From Yuukianura sp. NJ FZ-2021 (lineage: Eukaryota): DNA of 64,000 nt. Of the stretch, positions 24,354 to 38,478 are shown in pieces; position 1 is the stretch's first letter, and each line of letters opens with the position of its first letter. A program made the position numbers and the translations under genes. A model generated the notes under the pieces. The model worked only from the letters and a program-made list of their open reading frames with translations. It did not search any database and had not been told where the DNA came from. The stretch is taken from NCBI GenBank assembly GCA_046563655.1, contig CM102283.1, positions 9,052,001 to 9,116,000 of the forward strand, in the 5' to 3' direction.

Positions 24354-25309
24354 ATTTTTTGAACTCACAATTCAGGAAATGTCGACAGTCACAAAATTTG
24401 ATTTGGACTGAAAACCATTTTCAAACTAAATTTCGACTTTCAACTGCAAAAATGCTTTGTTATTGTTAATTTTGGCACTTTCTATTTCTATGAGTTTGCT
24501 TGTGACACGGATAGATTCGCAATGGCTCCAAATGCGGGAAGTTACGGTCTTCTTAAACTTCGACCAACTTCGCTTTTTGCAGTATACTTTGCATACAATT
24601 CTATTAATTTCATTTGCAATTTTCGTTTGATGACTGTGGTAGGTACATAAAAGTTGTTTACTGGTGCTATAAGCGGGAGGTTTTGAATTTCAAAATCGTT
24701 TCCCACCTTTTGCCGCCAACACTCAACTTTAACTTTCTTCTATCTAGAACATACTTGAAAAAAAAGTAGGACCACACCCAAATGTAGGCTAATTTTAACA
24801 TCTTCACAACACATTAAATCGACGGTCGTAAAAAATTTAGCCTGGTTCCCTGTCTATATGTTCCGCTTGTAAGTTTTTCTGAATCGCCGTAAATGTAAAA
24901 ATAAAAATCTTTGGCCTAATCAAGACTTTACGAACTCCGCTTAAATTCAATTTAAATTGCTGACCTCGATTTAGTTTTTGTGTTAAGTTTAGATTAATCA
25001 AAACTTATCAGATTTCTTGTACTATACTTATTTTTATAGCCCTGTAAAGTTCAAGTACAAGGGTTTTACGTCTAAATTAAAAGTTTATTCAAAATTTTTC
25101 CTGAAAAGGCAAAAATCTTTTCTTTGTCGAAAACTTATGCCAGTACACGCCTCTTTTGTGCTTCTGTTTTGAATTGCAGAAATAGAAAGTTTATTTTAAG
25201 ATAATCATAGAACAAAGAGGAAATGAGTTGTCAAATTTTTTTTGAAAAGAAATGAAAGTAAGTTTTAAGCATTTCAAAATTCAAAATCCTTCTGCGTAAT
25301 TTTCGTACT

Positions 25310-25798
25310 TCATTTAGGAGAACTTCCAGGAACACCGATGCCGTTTCCACTTGATGCCGATGACGATGAGGAGACAGTAAAAATAGCTCCGGGTTGATTC
25401 GAACCCTGACCTTGAGCAGCGCCATTTCCAGTGGCTGAAGCCGATGTGGCTGTCAACGGAAGTGAAAATTGTCCTGGATATGCAAATCCTGGTGACGCTG
25501 GACGAGCAAACCCGGCTGGAGCAGGACGAGCAAATCCGAATGATCCGTAGTTATTGTAATTAGGTGGGAAATAGATCGATGGACGCTGGAAGAAGGCCAC
25601 GGCGGGACGCTGGAACGGGAATCCCAGGTATCCTGCCAATGTTGGTGTGGATGAATTAGTATCAGTATTTAAGTAAATTGGAATGAAAGCCAGTTCTTGA
25701 TTAGGGTCGAACACACCTGAAGCGCTGCATGGTGAAAGCGGCAGCAGCGATAACAGCAGCAGCGATGAAAAACTTCCGAGCAGCGTCAAAGTGTCCAT
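25310..25798 (-). CDS. Secreted Pro/Ala/Gly/Phe-rich low-complexity protein (possibly cuticular)
   Basis: Single ORF with a hydrophobic N-terminus, FQRP and GFARP repeats and a Ser/Gly-rich tail. Confidence 0.65.
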   Translation of the reverse strand: MDTLTLLGSFSSLLLLSLLPLSPCSASGVFDPNQELAFIPIYLNTDTNSSTPTLAGYLGFPFQRPAVAFFQRPSIYFPPNYNNYGSFGFARPAPAGFARPASPGFAYPGQFSLPLTATSASATGNGAAQGQGSNQPGAIFTVSSSSSASSGNGIGVPGSSPK

Positions 25799-26197
25799 GG
25801 ATTTGATTTTTATCAAAAAATAAAAATACTGAAAGATTTCAAAAACACATGAGAATCAAAAACTTTGGCTTCAGTAGTATACCTTGCTTGTAAAAAATCA
25901 AAGCTATTATAAAAAAAAATCGAAAAATTTGCAACTATTATTTTCTAAAGCATTTCAGAATTTGGTGGCTTTTTATACAATTTAGGACTTGAACGACAAT
26001 GAAGCATTTGATTCTTTTCATATGCTTGTCGTGTCATTGTTCCAAATTGGTGTAAAATGTAATTACACACACGTGAAAATTTGTGTTTTAAGCTGAATTG
26101 ACATTTCGTTCAGCTTGTTTCTTTAATCATGGCGTAACTGACATTTGTAAAATTTAACTTTAAAATTTTGGATTTCTTGTTTTGAACAAATGAATTT

Positions 26198-27153
26198 TCA
26201 GGTTGAAGTGGCCATTTCCGTCGTTGGTGGACTTGGAGTCCCCTTTCCGACAAGTTTTTTGAAATAGTCAAAGGGAATTTGACTCAAGAGGACGTCATTG
26301 AGGAAGTCGTAGCCAGAGGAAATCGTATTTGACAATGTCGTGACTGATTCAGTGTTGACGTTAAGGTTAGACACTTCTGAACTAACAGTGGCAACTGATC
26401 CATGCTTCCGGGAGTTCTTCAGACCACGACGAAGATCAGTACTGCAACCGGCATCTTTTGTTGATTCATCTGCGAATCGAACTGAATTGTGTTTTGAAAG
26501 TTTGACATTTCCCGCACGACCGCGACTCACATGGGCTGATTGGACTTTGGTGGCGTCATTTTGACGTTCTGATGAATCAAAATTTACGGAAGTTTTCTTG
26601 AGGCAGCTTCTCGGAGGCAACGTTCTCGGCCTCTGTGCTTTTCTGACTAGCGGAGACACTTCCCGCCAAGAATTGTAAATCAAAGGACGACTGCGTGGTG
26701 GCAACGGTGGTGGTATTCGTTCTGGACCGGAAGACGGAAGTGCAGTTTGCACATAAGAATCACAAGGTTTTGGTTCAATTGTGTTTGAATTTAAATCTTG
26801 AACTGCTGCTTTCGGACTTTTTTCAATTTCGGTCAAAATCCTGTACAGTATTGAGGAAATCTCAATCAATTTCAAGCATTTTTGAAAGTTTTTTCAAGTT
26901 TTGGTTACATTTTGAACAAAATGGCTGCACCGCTTTGACACTTCCGGATTGGCTGTTCTATTGGAGGCGGACCAATTCCGAAAAGTTGATTCAAGTGACC
27001 AACAATTTGGTTCAGTGAATTTTCTACACCATTCGGATCCATCACTGATCTTCCGGATCCAACGCTCTGGACACTGTCAATTGGCTGATCATCTTTCAAC
27101 GCCAAACTGTCCAGGTCATGTCCTGTACCCACGCAACATTCCTTCTCTTCCAT
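26198..27153 (-). CDS. Uncharacterised two-exon protein with PPPLPPR motif
   Basis: ORFs 26905-27159 and 26198-26875 can be joined by a short GT-AG intron; coding-like composition. Confidence 0.5.
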
Positions 27154-27792
27154 CGTCACTCACCATTCACAATCCTAAGCAAAAGAATCTCAGAATTTTG
27201 AAATTTTGACGTTTTTTGTTTATGAACAATTTTCAGCAGCATCAAAACACAAAAGATGAAAGCAAATGTTTGAAATTAAAACACACAAAAACGCAGCAAT
27301 CAATTTTGTTTTCATGAGTGTAGTTGATATAGAAATTAGAAATTGTGACGAAAGCTATGATATTTTTTGGACTTGTGTCAAAGTTCCTCTGTCATTCTCA
27401 AAAAATTTAAGACGGCTTTAGTGTGATTGTGGGGGAGTTTTTGGAAATAAATTTTGAAAATGTCAACTTCTATTTTGGTAAGTTGCAAAAATAGAGTTGT
27501 TTCTCCACAATTTTATTTATTCATTCAACGACAGGGCTAAAAAGCTAAGAAATTGAAGTAGAGCCAAAGAATTTTGGGGTTAAATATAGTTTTAGGGAAA
27601 GAAGGTGATCGGATCTGAACACCATTTTGCACAAGAGGATGAGGTAAGGTGCTATTTATCAAGATCCTCAAAGATATTTTTCATTTTGGTAAATCGCCAG
27701 TTTAAACTACCCTCGGATTCGTTCAGTTCAGCATCGGAATCCGCCAAGTCACTTTGCAGCCACTTTGCAACCGAAGAAAAAGACGCTTCTAA

Positions 27793-28833
27793 AATGGTGT
27801 ATGAGTCAGATTTTTCGAGACGACAATTTCTAAATTCCTGTGCAGAATCCGGACTTTTCTACTCATCTCCGGTAATCTTCAAATTCAATTTTTGAAAACA
27901 AGTTTTTGAATTTTGTGTGAATGGTTCTAGGATTATAAACCTCAAGGGTATCTGTCCACTCTAAGGCCTCCAACTTCCAGCGCCTCAGCATCACCGCTTT
28001 CTCCAAGTCCTATTGGCAGCAGATCAGAACGAGTTCGTCAAAATTTTAAATTTTTGAGTTTGAATTTTGAATTTGTTTAAAAAACTAATTTTCTAAACAC
28101 AGACTGCTAAGCTCCTCGCCAGTTTGGCCCGAACTACGCAACCCCTTGGGGTACGATCCTCTCCGCAGCCTCAAATTCGTCAACCTCTTGACCTCCAGCA
28201 TCTCTACACTACTTCAGATGCTGAAAATCCTGTCTCCCCAAATGATACTTCCAATGGACTACATCAACGCAGATCAGTACCGAGGTTCACAGAGGAACCA
28301 AGAGGATGCTGTGCATGTTGCCATAGTTGCGGTGGAGGTCGGAGATCGGATAGATTCGTACCGCCTGAACGGTCACTAGACCCCTTGGGAAACTCAAGTC
28401 TCGTAAGTTATCTTTTCAAAAAAAAATTGAAACTGATTTTCAAAATGGCTATTTTTGTTAGAAATCTCAACATGGAATGGAATCGTATCTGAAAAGTCGA
28501 CGACCTTTGACCCAGGAGGAGGATGGTTTACAAACCCAGCCACGCTCGCCTTATACCGTACGGAATATTCCTGTCCGGTCTCTTGACGAACTGCGAGAAA
28601 CAGTTGCAATTCGTCGCGACTACTTTAGAGAACGGCAGAAACAGTTGAACGGAAGTCCAATTAATAGTGGAACATTGACTTTGGCATCATCTCGAGCAAC
28701 TTCAGCGTCGCCACAACCTGATGGATCCATCGTCACTTATCCGTCGGACGACGAAGTTGGTTTGGCAGAAGGAAGTACTGTGACATTGGCTTCTGGAAGT
28801 GTCGGTGGTAGTTATTATGCTGTTGACGAATAA
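27793..28833 (+). CDS. Uncharacterised multi-exon Ser/Pro-rich protein with a CCACC motif (start uncertain)
   Basis: GC-richer blocks separated by short GT-AG introns that can splice in frame, ending at TAA 28833. Confidence 0.45.
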
Positions 28834-29198
28834 ATTTACCGCTGAAAAACTGCAACATTGGCATAAATTTACTAATACTGGCGAAAACTTGTGAAATTCA
28901 ATTGCAATTGCCAATCATTCGCTTTGCTTTTCCATTTTATGGTCAATCGTTATGTAAATGCTTTTGAATTTTGAAAGAAACCATGGAACTTTGCATTGAT
29001 TGGAGTAAAAGTTAGAAAGTGTGACCTTTTCAATTAAATTCCAATGAATGTAGAAAGTAGTTTGAATTTCTATTTTGCATTGTTTAATTGTTTAACTCTT
29101 AGCATTCAGTTGGACCTTATAAAAAGCTTCAAAGAAACTCCGTTTCTTCATATTCGTTTCAAAAAATTATACTAAAAGTTTCTATCGACTAAATTGTC

Positions 29199-29622
29199 AT
29201 GAAAGTCTTCGGGATTTTCCTTTTGCTAGTCGGTAAGACTCAAATTTAAAATATTCCTGTAAATCTAGGAAAATTTTTCAATTCAAATCCAATTTTTGGT
29301 TCTAGTGGCCACTGTTGCCAATCATGACGGTCTGGAGGCCCTTCAGGAGGGTCTAAGCGGAGCCCTTCATGTGGCTGAAGATGAGATCCTGATCGATGAA
29401 CAGCCAGTCAAGCGTGAAATTCCTGAACAACAGGAAGGAGCTGTAAAATCTGACATAGAAGCGCTTCTGACAGGACAGGCCAAGGCTCCAGTTGTGAAGC
29501 GATCAGTTGAAGATATTAAGGATTTTGTGTCCTACGGTGACACTTTGACGGAAGCCAAGGAAAATGCGATGAAAATGGCCAAGGATATGTTTGGCGAAGA
29601 GTTCCATGTACGATTCCACTAA
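29199..29622 (+). CDS. Small secreted prepropeptide with two VKR sites
   Basis: TATAAAA at about 29118; signal-peptide exon MKVFGIFLLLV, phase-1 intron, then the ORF to 29622; AATAAA downstream. Confidence 0.7.
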
Positions 29623-29788
29623 TTTTTGTGAATAAGTTCTTCCAGAAAATAAAATTCCAAAAGTATTTTGTAAACTAATCAGCCAGATTCATCTTTCGAA
29701 ATAATTTATGAAATAAATTTTGTCAATGGATTTGATTTTTTGACATTTGAATTTTTGTTGAAACCACGTATATCCATATGTATTGGAC

Positions 29789-30075
29789 ATTTAATTAAAT
29801 GTCAAATACGTCAAAGTTCTACCACAACCTGTGTGAATTAAATTATGAAAAGTAAAAGTTATGAAAGTAAAATGTAGTCCAGTAGCGCTAGTAGAGGGAT
29901 TCATCGTTCCAGCGTCATTTTGGGAAAGAGTTAAAATTATATAAAAAAAAAATTATTATAATAATTTTATAATTGAAAAGTTTCTTGTAGTTATTCATAC
30001 AGCTTGTGCTGTGGCAGAACTTTAATTTAATTAAATGCCAAATACGTCAAAGTTCTGCTACAACATGTGTGAATT
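29789..30075. repeat. Roughly 30-50 bp promoter motif in two direct copies and one inverted copy
   Basis: TCAAAGTTCT-x-CAAC-x-TGTGTGAATT-like units at 29789-29839 and 30025-30075, an inverted copy at 29993-30023, and a related copy at 34938-34969. Confidence 0.7.
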
Positions 30076-30158
30076 TGGTATAAAAACGGTTGAAATTGTA
30101 ACTTAATTTGTACAGATTCATTTAAAGTTTTGGTCAAACTTTGTCATTCCAATTCACA

Positions 30159-30687
30159 ATGAAATTTAGTGTGGCATTATCTCTGGCCTTGTTGAGCTGC
30201 GTCAGCGTGGCACTGGCTCAGGGTAATTAAAAACTAACAATTAATTGAACGCACTTATTACTTTTATTTTTGAAAACCTGACATTATATTCTAATGTTCT
30301 TCAGAGTGGCGGAAAGCGGATTTGACAAATTACGAGTCGTATCCAGCCCCTGACAGCGAGGAATGTAGAGAGTACAATGGGTGCACATGGGCCGGGCAAT
30401 TTGCGTATGTCAGTGGCAAGAAACCCGAAAGTTGGGTCAAGGCCAACAACATCATTGCTATTCACTCTAAAGATGGACCGAAATACAAGTTGAAGACGTT
30501 TCGGTTACGTCAAAATGGCAAGACGATTGATGCCAAAGTGTACGACAACTGCAATGACGATGACTGCAATGGATGCTGTACCAAGAACGCCAAGAAAACT
30601 GGGTTTTTAATTGACATTGAAAAATACACCATGAAACGATTCGGATCAGGTGATGGAATTGTTGAATGGCAATGCCTGGATTGCTAA
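30159..30687 (+). CDS. Secreted cysteine-rich DPBB (RlpA/expansin-D1/barwin-like) protein, copy 1
   Basis: Signal-peptide exon, phase-1 intron, then WRKADLTNYESYP, IIAIH, GKTIDAKVYDNC..DC.GCC, FLIDIE and GIVEW; TATA and AATAAA present. Confidence 0.75.
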
Positions 30688-30866
30688 ATTGAACTAATCC
30701 ATGTTTAATACTTGGAATTAAATTGTAATTTGTAAAAGTATTAAATAAACGAACATTTAATTCGGCAGCAAACTACCATTATAAGCATGTGGTACTCTCT
30801 CTGGAACTTTACGGTAAAAACCCTTTGGAACTTTTTGTTCCCCACTCGGTCCGCACTCTGTTATAA

Positions 30867-31265
<399 letters not shown>

Positions 31266-31297
31266 ACATGACCATCTCATCAAAGCATTAAACCAAC

Positions 31298-31313
31298 GGC
31301 CCTTTTAAGGGCC
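31298..31313 (+). terminator. Histone 3' stem-loop GGCCCTTTTAAGGGCC with downstream AAAGAGC element (H4a)
   Basis: The same 16-mer follows all seven histone genes. Confidence 0.95.
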
Positions 31314-31880
31314 ACCACAATCTACAAAGAGCTAAATACGAAATTGTTCCGTTTTTGTGTTTTGAATTGAATTGAAAACAACTTGCTTAACTATGGAGTA
31401 TTCTAATTGTATGTGGCGTGACCTTTTCATTCACAAGGTCAACGAAGTGGTTGCTGCTGAGTCAGCAGTGCAGATTTCCTTTGAGCAACGTGAAGTTGAA
31501 TTTTATGGATGTATGACATTAATTCAAGCAATGATAGCATGTTAATAGTAGTTCCGATAATTTTTAAATGATATCGGCAATGATTTAATTAAAAATTTAA
31601 TTAATTTATAGTCAATCTTAATTGAGTTGGTGTGATACAGTGAATAAATTTTTGCAATTCAATTCATCATGTTTGTCCGTTGAACTTTTCCCGCGAGAAC
31701 TTCTCAGAATCTTTGTCCGTTGGAGTTCGTTTCCCGCCTTTTTGACTTTTGTTTGTCGAAAAAGAGGGGACGAGTTACTCCAAAAGAGTAAGATTCAGTC
31801 AAATCCTACTCCACCAAAACTCTATAAAAGCAGAAACTTCTCCCTTCCTCCCTTCATTCCGTTTCTGACGCCCGTTCTGA

Positions 31881-32333
<453 letters not shown>

Positions 32334-32363
32334 ATCTTCTCAACATCCAAATTATAAACCAAC

Positions 32364-32379
32364 GGCCCTTTTAAGGGCC
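32364..32379 (+). terminator. Histone 3' stem-loop (H3)
   Basis: GGCCCTTTTAAGGGCC followed by AAAGAGC. Confidence 0.95.
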
Positions 32380-32896
32380 ACCACATTTTACAAAGAGCTA
32401 AAAACAATTGATTTAGAAATATGTTGGGCCCTTGACCTTAATGTTCATGAACTACTGAATTTCTCTTACAGAATTTATTTTCTTCTGACTAAATCACTTC
32501 GTCTTCGATAAATTCGACATGACTTAAAATTTCAACAACCACACCCGCGAAAATTAAAATTTAGAAAAAATAAGCGTTGCGTTCATTTTAGACGAAAAAG
32601 TATTTAAAAAAAAACATTTTTCGAAAAAAAAGGGTTTCATGTCATAATCCATTTTAAGTTTTCGAAAAAACGAAAATAGAATTTCGAAAATAGAAATTCT
32701 GCCTCGGGGAGAAAAAAAAATTCCGACAAGGAGTAGAATTCAACTCCGTCAAGACTAAAACATTGTTAGCTTGCCGGTCCGCACTCCCCTTCAAATAGCA
32801 TCGTTCTCCCCAGTCTTCTCTTCATTCACAATCGAATTTTCGTTTTGATCATTCCAAACAAACTCGTCTCCCACTTTTACCAAACCTTCAGTTATC

Positions 32897-33685
32897 ATGG
32901 CAGAAGAAACAGCCACCGAAACCGCCCCTGCTGCTGCCCCACCAGCATCTCCAAAGAAGAAGGGTCGAGCAGCCGCTGCTCCGAAGCCCACCAAGGCCAA
33001 GGCTCCAGCAGCCGCCAAGCCACCACCGAAGCCAAAAGAACCAAAAGCCAAGGCTGAGAAGAAGGAAAAGGCTGCTCCAACCCACCCACCAACAGCATCC
33101 ATGGTCAAGGAAGCCATCAAGCGATTGGCGGAGCGAAATGGATCTTCACTGGCTGCCATCAAGAAGTCCATGGTGGAGACTCACAAGGTGGAGATTGACA
33201 AGATGGCTCCCTTCATCAAGAAGTACTTGAAGAAAGCAGTGGAGTCTGGTGAGTTGGTTCAGACCAAAGGTCACGGAGCTTCTGGGTCATTCAAACTTCC
33301 ATCCAAGGACAAAGCCAAGTCAGCCACCGGAGAGAAGAAGCCGAAAGCAGTGGCCAAAAAGCCAAAGGCCTCTCCAGTCAAGAAGGCAGCTTCTCCGAAG
33401 AAGTCTCCACCTAAGAAAGCGGTAGCCAAGAAACCTGCCCCACCAGCCAAGAAGGAAGCATCTCCACCAAAGTCTCCAGTGAAGGAAGCCCCAGCTGAGC
33501 CACCAAAGAAAGCTGCTGCTAAGAAGACCAAGGCCCCACCACCAGCACCAAAGTCTCCTGTCAAGAAATCTCCACCAGCCAAGAAGACAAAAGCTGCTGC
33601 CAAAATCAAACTCCCGCCGAAAGGAAAAGCAGCTGCTTCTCCGAAAACTTCACCTCCGAAAAAAGCTGCATCCAAAAAGAAGTAA
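32897..33685 (+). CDS. His1: Histone H1
   Basis: Globular domain THPP..MV.EAI..L.ERNGSSL.AIKK and LVQTKG.GASGSFKL; Lys/Ala/Pro tails with SPKK/SPVK motifs. Confidence 0.97.
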   Translation: MAEETATETAPAAAPPASPKKKGRAAAAPKPTKAKAPAAAKPPPKPKEPKAKAEKKEKAAPTHPPTASMVKEAIKRLAERNGSSLAAIKKSMVETHKVEIDKMAPFIKKYLKKAVESGELVQTKGHGASGSFKLPSKDKAKSATGEKKPKAVAKKPKASPVKKAASPKKSPPKKAVAKKPAPPAKKEASPPKSPVKEAPAEPPKKAAAKKTKAPPPAPKSPVKKSPPAKKTKAAAKIKLPPKGKAAASPKTSPPKKAASKKK

Positions 33686-33719
33686 AATCAACAACTCCAA
33701 TCCAATGAATTAAACCAAA

Positions 33720-33735
33720 GGCCCTTTTAAGGGCC
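33720..33735 (+). terminator. Histone 3' stem-loop (H1)
   Basis: GGCCCTTTTAAGGGCC followed by AAAGAGC. Confidence 0.95.
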
Positions 33736-34077
33736 ACCAAAATTTACAAAGAGCAAAAATTACATGAAATACTTTAGAAGTTTCTGATTTAACAAAATTT
33801 CGGGACATGAGAAGTGACACTTTAAAACTGCAATCACCACTAAAAGTCTTTTCTAACGATTGATTCAATTTCTTTTGTATCGTGTTTTTCTAGTATATGA
33901 GCCAATCCGACACGTTAATTGATATTTACTCTAAAATTAATTCAATCTTGATTGATTTAATATCTGATTTGCTAAAAAGATCAATATTAATTAATTTTGT
34001 ATAGAGTTGGTAACAAAAAGTAAAGAACCGTTAGTTTTTGCATTGGCGGGAATTTTGTAAGTTCTTTCTTTCGTTGA

Positions 34078-34581
<504 letters not shown>

Positions 34582-34616
34582 ACATGACCATCTCATCAAC
34601 AAAGCATTAAACCAAC

Positions 34617-34632
34617 GGCCCTTTTAAGGGCC
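34617..34632 (+). terminator. Histone 3' stem-loop (H4b)
   Basis: GGCCCTTTTAAGGGCC followed by AAAGAGC. Confidence 0.95.
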
Positions 34633-35048
34633 ACCACAATTTACAAAGAGCTAAATACGTTTATGTAAAAAGTTGAAAACAACTTCTGAGAAATTCCATA
34701 AGCATCCCTTTCTAAACCAATCAGGAAGATCCACATCGCATTGGTGAAAACTATTTTCAACGGGTTGATGTATTGACATTTGACTTTGTTCAAACACACG
34801 GATACCACAGGTTTCCGGGAAATGTAATAATTTACCAACATTTCGTGGTAATCGCTATTTATTTTTTACAATTGACAATAATTTATTATTTTATTAGGAC
34901 AAGGAAAGAATAGCCAATAAATTCAAAAGCTGAACATGTCAAAGTTCTATCACAAAACCTGTGTGAATTGTCTATAAAAACGGTTGAAATTGCAACTTTA
35001 TTGAGACATTCATTTCCAGTTTTTTGAAACTTTTTCATACAATTCATA

Positions 35049-35587
35049 ATGAAATTTAGCGTGGAAGTAGCATTATATTTGACCTTGCTGGGTTGCATCA
35101 GCGTTTCACTGGCTCAGAGTAATTAAAAGATACAATTAATTATTGTTTTATCACTCATTACTTTTTTTGAAAATCTAACGTTGCATTATATTTTTCAGAG
35201 TCGGGTTGGCGGAAAGCGGATTTGACAAATTTCGAGTCGTATCCAGCTCCTAATAGCGAAGAATGTAAAAAGTACAATGGGTGCAAATGGGCCGGGTATT
35301 TTGCGTATGTCAGTGGCAAGAAACCCGAAAGTTGGGTCAAGGCCAACAACATCATTGCTATTCATTCTAAAGATGGAGAGAAATACAAGTTGAAGAAATT
35401 TCAGTTACGTCAAAATGGCAAAACGATTGATGTCACCGTTTACGACAAATGTTCTGACAGTGACTGCAATGGATGCTGCACCAAGAATTCCAAGAAAACA
35501 GGATTTCTAATTGACATTGAAAAATACACTATGCAACGATTTGGATCAGGTTCTGGAGTTGTTGAATGGAGATGCATGAACTGCTAA
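35049..35587 (+). CDS. Secreted cysteine-rich DPBB-like protein, copy 2
   Basis: Paralog of 30159-30687 with the same intron, conserved cysteines and IDIE motif. Confidence 0.75.
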
Positions 35588-35879
35588 TTATACAAATCCA
35601 TGTTCTTGTATAATACAGACACAGTTTTAATTATTCATAATATTAGAAAACAACATTAAAATCAGAATACGGCACAGATATAATTTAATACAGTACCTTC
35701 GCAAATAATGTCCCGTCCCTCTAGTACTCTTCTGTGAACGCCACTAGACAATGAGCACCATCACAACTATTAGGAATTCTACGGTAAAAATAGTTTGGAG
35801 TTTTTTTTGTTGCGCTCTCGGTCCGCACTTCCTTACAAAAGGACTTCTCTATTGGTTAGGTTTCTCAATCCCATTTTGA

Positions 35880-36236
<357 letters not shown>

Positions 36237-36272
36237 ACTAACATGACCTTCTCATCAAAGCATTAAACCAAC

Positions 36273-36288
36273 GGCCCTTTTAAGGGCC
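36273..36288 (+). terminator. Histone 3' stem-loop (H4c)
   Basis: GGCCCTTTTAAGGGCC followed by AAAGAGC. Confidence 0.95.
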
Positions 36289-36788
36289 ACCACAATATAC
36301 AAAGAGCTAAAAAATCAATACTTGACACGAATTGAGGTTGCACACTGCAATTTTATAAAAATATAAATGAAATGTATGTTTTACAGTTGGTTTCTAACAG
36401 AAAACCATATGCTGAGGTCAAAGGGCATGCTCTAGGACACTTCGTTCAAGTTAGAATATAAAAAAAATTACAATCATCCGCCTCATTTTGTCTGTTTCTA
36501 CTACATAAACACAAACAATCGCTGATGCACTCTATTCCGCTAATAGAATAAGTTAAATTAGTAATTCTTAAATATAATTAAATTACATTAAGTTTCAATA
36601 AATTTAATAGTTTACGAATTATGAAATAAATTATGTGTCATGCATGTCTAGCCTGCATTCATAAAAAAATGAACAAAAAAAGCCGATGCTGCTCCCTTTC
36701 ACGTCCGCACCAGCTTCTACCCCACTCGAGGAGTTAGAAGTTACTCTTTCACAGTGAAATTCTACTCCACAGAGAGGGTATAAAATGA

Positions 36789-37247
<459 letters not shown>

Positions 37248-37278
37248 ACTCATCAACCATCAAAGAACTTAAACCAAC

Positions 37279-37294
37279 GGCCCTTTTAAGGGCC
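37279..37294 (+). terminator. Histone 3' stem-loop (H2A)
   Basis: GGCCCTTTTAAGGGCC followed by AAAGAGC. Confidence 0.95.
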
Positions 37295-37642
37295 ACCACA
37301 TTTTACAAAGAGCAAAACTTGATATGAAAATGCTTTGGCATTAGGGCCACTTGGCGTAGTTAATTCTGAAGTCGGAAACTTCGAATGGCCATGAACGCTT
37401 ATAACCCGGTTCCTCTTATTCAATAAAATTGGTGTACTACATCATAAAATAACACTTTCAATGTTTAGTTTTTGCAAAAATATCATTTGAGAAGACATAC
37501 ACTTTTAAGGAAGCGTCGCAACACCAGAAAAAAAAATTTGCATGAATACTCGTTTCATAAAAAGACGCCAATGCAATGTCATGTTGGCAGTTGAACAAAA
37601 AAGCGGTTTTTCTTTTTCCATTTCGCGCCATTTTGCAACTGA

Positions 37643-37873
37643 CAAAAGTGGAAAAGGGAGAGTTGGAGTTGGGATGGTCCCTCCATGCATTTTTGCCATT
37701 GCCACCTCATCTCTTTCTGCACCCTCCAACTCCAAAAGAGTAAAACTTTGTCGAATTCTACTCCTCTGCCAAAGTGGAAAGGGAGAGTTGGAGGGAGGTG
37801 GCAATGGTTTAAACACACAGAGGGACCATCCCAACTCCAAAAGAGTAAAACTTTGTCAAATCTTACTCCTCTG
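37643..37873. repeat. Tandem duplication in the H2B promoter with the internal segment inverted between the copies
   Basis: Units 37643-37768 and 37769-37873 share flanks while their cores are reverse complements. Confidence 0.85.
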
Positions 37874-37967
37874 GCTTTGATATAAAAGGGGAGACAAAAC
37901 CAGAATCCACTCATTCACTCGACAACAGTCTCTGAATTCTCTCCTCTCTCTCGACAACCAAAGCAAG

Positions 37968-38342
37968 ATGCCACCAAAGGTCAGCGGAAAAGCAGCGAAG
38001 AAGGCAGGGAAGGCGCAGAAGAACATCTCGAAGGGGGACAAGAAGAAAAAGAAGATGAAGAGGAAGGAGTCCTACGCCATCTACATCTACAAGGTCCTCA
38101 AGCAAGTTCATCCGGACACTGGCGTCTCCTCCAAGGCCATGTCAATCATGAACTCCTTCGTCAACGACATCTTCGAACGGATTGCTGCTGAGGCCTCTCG
38201 ACTGTCCCACTACAACAAGCGGACCACCATCACTTCCCGCGAGATTCAAACTGCTGTTCGTCTTTTGCTCCCCGGAGAATTGGCCAAACACGCAGTCTCT
38301 GAAGGAACCAAGGCTGTCACCAAGTACACTTCATCCAAATAA
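37968..38342 (+). CDS. His2B: Histone H2B
   Basis: MPPK start, [21 protein letters not shown] and AVTKYTSSK. Confidence 0.99.
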   Translation: MPPKVSGKAAKKAGKAQKNISKGDKKKKKMKRKESYAIYIYKVLKQVHPDTGVSSKAMSIMNSFVNDIFERIAAEASRLSHYNKRTTITSREIQTAVRLLLPGELAKHAVSEGTKAVTKYTSSK

Positions 38343-38370
38343 TTCCAACATCACAGCATCCTAAACCAAC

Positions 38371-38386
38371 GGCCCTTTTAAGGGCC
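38371..38386 (+). terminator. Histone 3' stem-loop (H2B)
   Basis: GGCCCTTTTAAGGGCC followed by AAAGAGC. Confidence 0.95.
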
Positions 38387-38478
38387 ACCACAATATACAA
38401 AGAGCAAAAATTTATTGGTGAAGATGATAACATAGAGTTCGAAATTTGTTTCGGAATTGTTCAGTTTGCGTTGAGATT

